Of a DNA stretch of 32,000 nt, positions 26,971-32,000 are shown piece by piece. Every line of letters begins with the position of its first letter. Positions within the stretch are counted from its first letter, which is position 1. A program made the position numbers and the translations under genes. Origin of the DNA: Polynucleobacter sp. AP-Elch-400A-B2. GTDB lineage: Bacteria; Pseudomonadota; Gammaproteobacteria; Burkholderiales; Burkholderiaceae. The notes beneath the pieces were generated by a model. It was given only the letters and a program-made list of their open reading frames with translations, ran no database searches and was not told the origin of the DNA. The stretch lies in contig NZ_CP061317.1 in the NCBI RefSeq assembly GCF_018688355.1, forward strand, positions 878,066 through 910,065. The letters are read 5' to 3'.

Positions 26971-27453
26971 ATGGCTACTAAATTGCTATACCTATTGCGA
27001 CATGCCAAAGCAGAGAGTGCTGATCCTAAACTCTTGGATGAGGATCGTGCTTTAACTGAAAAAGGTGTCAATGATGCGCATAAATTGGCGGCTAAGTTAC
27101 ACAAAAAAGAGTTGAATTTTGACTTGATTGCTACGAGCCCAGCTATTCGAGCAATCTCAACAGCACAAATAATTGCTAAAACGCTTGATCATCGTCAACA
27201 TCATTTAGAGGTTCTGAAAAAGCTATATCAAGCTAGTCCAGATATATTTTTAAATCTAGTAACAGGATTGCATAAAAAAGCCGCAAAGGTTTTATTAGTG
27301 GGACACAATCCTGGCCTGGAAGAATTTGCCCAAATCCTTTCAGGCGAGCGGGTTGTTATGCAAACCTGCACATTGATTCAATTTTCTTTTGATTTAAAGC
27401 ATTGGAAGGATTTTGAGGGTGTAAAAAATGCGCACATGAAGATTATCAATTGA
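26971..27453 (+). CDS. sixA: phosphohistidine phosphatase SixA
   Basis: LYLLRHAKAE (RHG-type motif), ATSPAIRAISTAQ, LLVGHNPGLEEF. ATG 26971 has AAGGGG upstream; the track TTG 26953 is less likely. Confidence 0.8.
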   Translation: MATKLLYLLRHAKAESADPKLLDEDRALTEKGVNDAHKLAAKLHKKELNFDLIATSPAIRAISTAQIIAKTLDHRQHHLEVLKKLYQASPDIFLNLVTGLHKKAAKVLLVGHNPGLEEFAQILSGERVVMQTCTLIQFSFDLKHWKDFEGVKNAHMKIIN

Positions 27454-27513
27454 AGTAAGTAAGCTAAGATTAATTTGAGCCTTGCCAATTTACCAGTAAT
27501 TCTGGCTCCTTTT

Positions 27514-27882
27514 TCAATAGTAATTTCTTGGTAAAAAAATATTACCCGTAATTACTGCGCTCGCCCTAAGAGTTAGGGCGATATGGATTTGAAGATCGTT
27601 TTCAACGTAACCGGCAATATCGGCTAACTGACAATCAACTTGACCTTGGACCTCACCATATTCTTTTACCAATAATTCTTTAGTGATTAGGTTGCCCTCA
27701 ATTAGGCCGGCTACTATAGTTTTATTAGGCGCGTTGAAAGAGCCCCGTAAGCAAACTCCTTTACCAACAGCTAGATTTACCATCTGAGTTGAATTTTCTT
27801 CTGCAGGTACCGCTGGCTTACCTTGGATTGGTTTAATAAGCTCATTGCTTTGAGGCAGGCCCTCATTGGAAAGACTCCCCAT
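27514..27882 (-). CDS. bactofilin-like (DUF583) polymer-forming protein
   Basis: Repetitive beta-helix pattern VGKGVCLRGSFNAPNKTIVAGLIEGNLITKELLVKEYGEVQGQVDCQLADIAGYVENDLQ. Confidence 0.65.
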   Translation of the reverse strand: MGSLSNEGLPQSNELIKPIQGKPAVPAEENSTQMVNLAVGKGVCLRGSFNAPNKTIVAGLIEGNLITKELLVKEYGEVQGQVDCQLADIAGYVENDLQIHIALTLRASAVITGNIFLPRNYY

Positions 27883-27961
27883 GGATGAATTTGATATGAG
27901 CGGTACTTCTTTTTTAAAAACATTGGTATTACCGCCTTAATCCTATAAGTGGTAATAAAAC

Positions 27962-27999
27962 TGTCAACAAATTACTTTAGCATCAGCTTGTCACAAATT
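27962..27999 (+). promoter_or_regulatory. direct repeats tgtcaacaaatt / tgtcacaaatt upstream of the HTH gene (possible operator)
   Basis: Read directly at 27962-27973 and 27989-27999. Confidence 0.3.
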
Positions 28000-28015
28000 C
28001 TCTCCTTAAGTCTCC

Positions 28016-28279
28016 ATGTCCTTTATCTCCAAACCAAAGGTAGTAACAGTAATTCTCAAAGAAGCGTTAAAAGCCGCTCGTGAGGAGCGGGGCTTAAGTC
28101 ATGAAGAGCTTGCTGAAATAGCCTGTCTTAAAAAATGGCAAATTAAGGAGCTCGAAGAAGCAGAGACCTTTTTGACCTTCTACACAATGGCCATTAAGAT
28201 ACAGGCGGCTAAGAGAATTGGAGGTTCTCTCGGTCTTTCAGAGCATCAGTTTTTATCTTTAATCGAGACAATGGGTTGA
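28016..28279 (+). CDS. small XRE-type HTH protein
   Basis: LKAAREERGLSHEELAEIACLKKWQIKELEE fits HTH_XRE helices 1-3. No obvious RBS. Confidence 0.5.
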   Translation: MSFISKPKVVTVILKEALKAAREERGLSHEELAEIACLKKWQIKELEEAETFLTFYTMAIKIQAAKRIGGSLGLSEHQFLSLIETMG

Positions 28280-28282
28280 GTA

Positions 28283-28465
28283 ATGTATTAGACTATTAAA
28301 GTTCGTCATTTTGATGAGAGCGGATCTCACACCTCCAAGATCAGAATGTATGGCGAGAACTTGAGAGAAGTCATGTCTAAAGTGCATGATATACATCGGA
28401 AGTCTTTACTTGTTTCTTATCAGGTAGGTTATGGGCCGGAGATTGAGTTTGAAAACTCAAACTAG
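28283..28465 (+). pseudogene. decayed small ORF (ATG TAT TAG then 57 open codons), resembles the 48-aa ORF at 15465
   Basis: In-frame TAG at 28289-28291. MY*TIKVRHFDESGSHTSKIRMYGENLREVMSKVHDI..QVG versus MKRYKATVNAAGMWVETILYAQNPAQAYKLFQAI..QIG. Confidence 0.3.
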
Positions 28466-28607
28466 AGTTCATATTTTGCGTAAATTAAACTTATGATTTG
28501 GTTAATTAAGCACTCTGTCTCGCATACCTGTTGCACAGTTCATTACACAGTGTCATTTTTATGCTGTAAGCCATTGAAATATATACACATTCCAGCAGCC
28601 ACGAATT

Positions 28608-28652
28608 CTTCTAAGGCGTAGGTCGCACGTTCGAATCGTGCTGGGCAGGCCA
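28608..28652 (+). repeat. second copy of the 45-nt tRNA-Arg(UCU) 3' fragment (identical to 16601-16645)
   Basis: Exact 45/45 match read directly. The upstream ~40 nt (gtaagccattgaaatatatacac..) also resemble the other two copies. Confidence 0.85.
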
Positions 28653-28852
28653 AATTTCATGGGGTCAAACCAAGTTTAATCAGCATTCTGAATATTAAAT
28701 GGGCAGTCATAAAAGTTTCATCTATTTGGTGCACACTGCACCTTATTAGTTCAATTTTGGCTGAAAGCTAGATTAACTAGTCGTAACATAATTATGACCT
28801 TCATAGAAATATTAGAACTAACTGGCGACCATCACCCCTCAGGAAATCAAAT

Positions 28853-29032
28853 ATGCAACACAAACCAAATCAGCAGCAGAAACCCGAGAAGCACGATAAA
28901 TTAATTACAAAGCACAAACCAAGCTTTTATGTAACCGCTTCGGCCGTTTCGGTTTTTACTGCTGTTTTGAGTACTGCCGCCTTTGCTGCCTACGGTGTGA
29001 TATCTACTGGTATCAAAATTCTATCTCTCTAG
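28853..29032 (+). CDS. small tail-anchored membrane peptide (59 aa)
   Basis: AGGAAA lies 6 nt upstream. MQHKPNQQQKPEKHDKLITKHKPSFYVTASAVSVFTAVLSTAAFAAYGVISTGIKILSL has a Lys/Gln-rich head and a single C-terminal hydrophobic helix. Confidence 0.4.
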   Translation: MQHKPNQQQKPEKHDKLITKHKPSFYVTASAVSVFTAVLSTAAFAAYGVISTGIKILSL

Positions 29033-29246
29033 AGAAAAGATTGAAGTGAATTTAAGAATGCTATGGGGCCGGATGGTGGATCCTAGCTCCTAGTTGATTT
29101 CGCTCTGAGACATCCAAAAACTCTCATCAGGAATGGTGGGGGTCTTGTCCTTAAGGTGCCACCTTAAAAGATATTTAAGTATTGCACAATCCTATTTTAT
29201 TGATGTAACCCATTGAATTATATAGACTTTCAAGTATTAATTCATA

Positions 29247-29291
29247 CTTCTAAGGTACGGGTCGCACGTCTGAATCATGCTGAGCAGGCCA
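29247..29291 (+). repeat. third, degenerate copy of the tRNA-Arg(UCU) 3' fragment (37/45 identical)
   Basis: cttctaaggtacgggtcgcacgtctgaatcatgctgagcaggcca aligned by eye to the 16601 copy. Confidence 0.7.
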
Positions 29292-29458
29292 AAATTTATT
29301 GTTAATGACTATCCTAGCTTTACTGTTGTGCTCAATTGGTAAGATTTTGGATCAGATCACACCTATTACTTAGTTATCTTCGTTTATAGTACAAAAAGCA
29401 CCCGTTTACAGCTGCTAATCTCTTAAATTGCAAGATCATTATTAGAAATGGAAAGCAG

Positions 29459-30169
29459 ATGGGTGATTACACCAAGATGTCGGCACATTACGACACGATT
29501 ATGACCTCAGGGTATTACGACTATCAGGCAATTGTTGATGGGTTACTCAATCATCATCCTTTTGAGAATGTTTTGGAGATTGGGTGTGGTACGGGTTTAA
29601 TTTTGGAAGAGATTGCTAAACGTGAGCCAACCGCAAATATCCGCGGCATTGACTTAACCCAATCGATGCTTGAAATCGCCCAAAAACGTTTAGAGTCTTA
29701 TCCAAACATTAAGTTAAGCCAACAAAATATTACAGAGTTAAGCCTTGAGCAGCAATATCGTTTGGCATTTTCATATGGTGGGGTTTGGTATTTTGTAATT
29801 GATGGCGATAAAGAACCGTTTCTAGTTAGCCATATCTACGATGAGCATGCAAATCATCTTGGGCTTGAAAGTTTAAGTAAATTTGTTCAGTCCGGTGGAA
29901 AATTGCTACTAGGAATTCAAGGACCGCACCATGATTATGAGAAGCCTATTTCTAATGGGATGATTTACTCACAAAAGATCGAACCTTTAGAGCTAGGATT
30001 CACTAAGCACTATTACCTGGATGATAAAGGTCATCGAGTAATGGCTCAAACGATCCACTACCGTACTTATAATTTTAGCGATGCTAAGCAATTACTCTCG
30101 AGTTATGGTTTTGAGTATGAGGAACGGACAGAAAAGCACCAACATTTTCTTGAATTTAAGCGTATTTAA
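29459..30169 (+). CDS. class I SAM-dependent methyltransferase
   Basis: Motif I VLEIGCGTGLILEEIA, then RGIDLTQSMLEIA. Confidence 0.85.
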   Translation: MGDYTKMSAHYDTIMTSGYYDYQAIVDGLLNHHPFENVLEIGCGTGLILEEIAKREPTANIRGIDLTQSMLEIAQKRLESYPNIKLSQQNITELSLEQQYRLAFSYGGVWYFVIDGDKEPFLVSHIYDEHANHLGLESLSKFVQSGGKLLLGIQGPHHDYEKPISNGMIYSQKIEPLELGFTKHYYLDDKGHRVMAQTIHYRTYNFSDAKQLLSSYGFEYEERTEKHQHFLEFKRI

Positions 30170-30171
30170 AG

Positions 30172-31098
30172 ATGCCCATCAAGATTAGCGATCCTTTGGT
30201 TGGTTTTATTGGTGTAGGTAATATGGGTAATCCCATGGCTGCCAATTTATTAAAGGCAGGTTATAGGGTCAATGTTTTTGATCGTGAGCCTCACAAGGCG
30301 CTAAATTTAGTATCCTTGGGCGCAAATCTTGCAGAAAATATCACGCAACTTGGTCAGCAATCTCAAGTAGTGATTTGTTCATTACCTGGCCCAGCACAAG
30401 TCAAAGAGGTAATGTTTGGTGAAGGTGGGCTTATTAATGTAATCAAGCCAGGATCAATCATTATTGATACCTCTACTAGCTCGGTAGAGCTTGCACAAGA
30501 ATTATCAAACCTACTAGAGCAAAAGAATGTAGGCTTTTTAGAGGCGCCAGTGACTAATGCTGTTGACTTTGCAGCACTTGGTAAGTTATCTATTTTTGTT
30601 GCCGGCAAGCAATCGGATTTTGATAAATACAAACCCATTTTTGAAGTGCTTGGCGAAAAAATCTTCTATGTTGGCAAGCCTGGTAATGGGGCTACGATTA
30701 AGTTGCTTACCAATCTACTATGGTTTACACATGCTGCTGTGATCGGTGAGGCCTTGATGTTAGGGGCTAAGGCTGATATTCCGCTTGAAATTGTTGCTGA
30801 AGCGATTCAATCAAGTGCTGGTAATAGCTGGGTAGCGCAACATGACATTCCATCTATTTTTGCAGGGCACTATGACCCAAGTTTTTCTTTAGCGCTATGT
30901 TGTAAGGATTTGGATTTAGTCAATCAAATTGCCCAGTCTCAGGGCTTTACCTTGACTATGGGTCAATTTGTTCAAGGCCTCTTCGAGGAGGCTCAAAAGA
31001 CTTATGGCGCATCTGCTGCTGAGTTACATGTAGTCAAATTATTAGAAGATCGAGTTGGCACGTATTTGCGCCCTAGCTTGCAAAATCCACTCCCATAA
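30172..31098 (+). CDS. NAD(P)-dependent beta-hydroxyacid dehydrogenase (3-hydroxyisobutyrate dehydrogenase family)
   Basis: N-terminal Rossmann GFIGVGNMGNPMAANLLKAGY, catalytic-region GNGATIKLLTNL, length 308 aa. Starts 2 nt after the methyltransferase stop. Confidence 0.85.
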   Translation: MPIKISDPLVGFIGVGNMGNPMAANLLKAGYRVNVFDREPHKALNLVSLGANLAENITQLGQQSQVVICSLPGPAQVKEVMFGEGGLINVIKPGSIIIDTSTSSVELAQELSNLLEQKNVGFLEAPVTNAVDFAALGKLSIFVAGKQSDFDKYKPIFEVLGEKIFYVGKPGNGATIKLLTNLLWFTHAAVIGEALMLGAKADIPLEIVAEAIQSSAGNSWVAQHDIPSIFAGHYDPSFSLALCCKDLDLVNQIAQSQGFTLTMGQFVQGLFEEAQKTYGASAAELHVVKLLEDRVGTYLRPSLQNPLP

Positions 31099-31112
31099 TC
31101 GTTACACAGATC

Positions 31113-32000
31113 ATGACATTAAAAAATCAAGTCAAACTCATGCAAGAGGCACACTTGCATATGCCTCAAGGGGTTGCAGAAAACTATCGCTATTGGGGTG
31201 ATGAGCAAACTGTATTTATATCTTCAGCCAAGGGCGCTCAGCTGACCGACTGTGATGGCAAAAAATATATTGATTTTCGTTTGGGATATGGCCCAATTAT
31301 TTTGGGCTATCGCGATGATCGAGTAGATCAAGCGGTCATTCGACAAATTCAGGAAGGCGGAACACTGTCAGGTTTTTCTACATCGCTGGATACTGAGGTA
31401 GTCAAGCAAATCAAAGCCCTATGCCCGCAAATTGATAAGTTACGGTTTGCTAATTCCGGTACCGAAGCCGTGATGGGCGCAGTCAGAACGGCGCGTGGTT
31501 TTACTGGCAGAGATCGAGTTGCTATTGTAGAAGGCAGCTTTCATGGTCTAGTTGATGAAATGATGTGGAAGTCTGATATCGAAAATTGGAATTCTGGCGA
31601 TCTTCATCCCCCCAAAATCATTCCATTTGGGGCAGGTATTCCCAACAATACCCGTGAGCTCGTTGACTTTGTTGAGCTCAATAATTTTGAGGCTCTTGAG
31701 CAACTCTTTATCTCACGGAAAGATTCTTTAGCCTGTGTTTTATTGGAGCCCATTATTGGTAATGCAGGCAGTATTGCCGCCTGCCATTGTTGGTTGCAAA
31801 GATTGCGTGAGCTATGTAGCCAAAACGGTACGATCCTCATTATTGATGAAGTCAAAACGGGGTTTCGGGTAGCTAAGGGTGGCGCCCAATCTTTGTATGG
31901 GATTTATGCAGATCTGACAACGTATGCCAAGGCTATGGGTAATGGCTATCCTGTTGCTGCTTTCGGTGGAAGGGCTGAGGTGATGGATGTGGTTGGTTCT
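31113..32000 (+). CDS. class III PLP aminotransferase (glutamate-1-semialdehyde aminomutase-like), 3'-truncated by the window
   Basis: My translation: MTLKNQVKLMQEAHLHMPQGV..DCDGKKYIDFRLGYGPIILGY..RFANSGTEAVMGAVRTARGFTGR..LLEPIIGNAG..LIIDEVKTGFR. Not in the track because it runs off the edge. Confidence 0.85.
   Translation, partial: MTLKNQVKLMQEAHLHMPQGVAENYRYWGDEQTVFISSAKGAQLTDCDGKKYIDFRLGYGPIILGYRDDRVDQAVIRQIQEGGTLSGFSTSLDTEVVKQIKALCPQIDKLRFANSGTEAVMGAVRTARGFTGRDRVAIVEGSFHGLVDEMMWKSDIENWNSGDLHPPKIIPFGAGIPNNTRELVDFVELNNFEALEQLFISRKDSLACVLLEPIIGNAGSIAACHCWLQRLRELCSQNGTILIIDEVKTGFRVAKGGAQSLYGIYADLTTYAKAMGNGYPVAAFGGRAEVMDVVGS

Overview
Low-GC proteobacterial chromosome segment (phasin, KatG and TPS genes suggest Burkholderiales-like, but taxon is not provable from sequence). 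It reads as a mosaic of accessory DNA rather than core genome. Left to right: a two-partner secretion pair (tpsB plus the 5' end of a large tpsA, minus strand); a LuxR-HTH/coiled-coil-repeat/HD-GYP protein; katG; a phasin. Then a ~7.5 kb integrase-bearing island (about 9045-16645). It carries a second, catalytic-domain-only tyrosine recombinase, a clamp-loader-like AAA+ ATPase, a cytoplasmic trypsin-like protease and many orphan ORFs. Next is a ~12 kb integrase-less segment (16646-28652) with a lipoprotein, a Cys-rich secreted protein, an amidohydrolase, a GNAT, a BtaA-like/GNAT-like/ArnE-like/SRPBCC lipid-type cluster, SixA, a bactofilin and an XRE HTH. A ~640 bp remnant follows, then an apparently ordinary methyltransferase/dehydrogenase/aminotransferase operon. 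Three copies of the 3' 45 nt of a tRNA-Arg(UCU) gene (16601, 28608, 29247) mark island right ends, but no intact tRNA is present. Two short palindromic motif families recur at module boundaries. No rRNA, CRISPR array, transposase or intact tRNA was found. The best candidates for an undescribed system are the recombinase/258-aa/AAA+/63-aa operon and the protease-centred orphan cluster in the island. All functional calls rest on motif recognition by eye, not on database searches.
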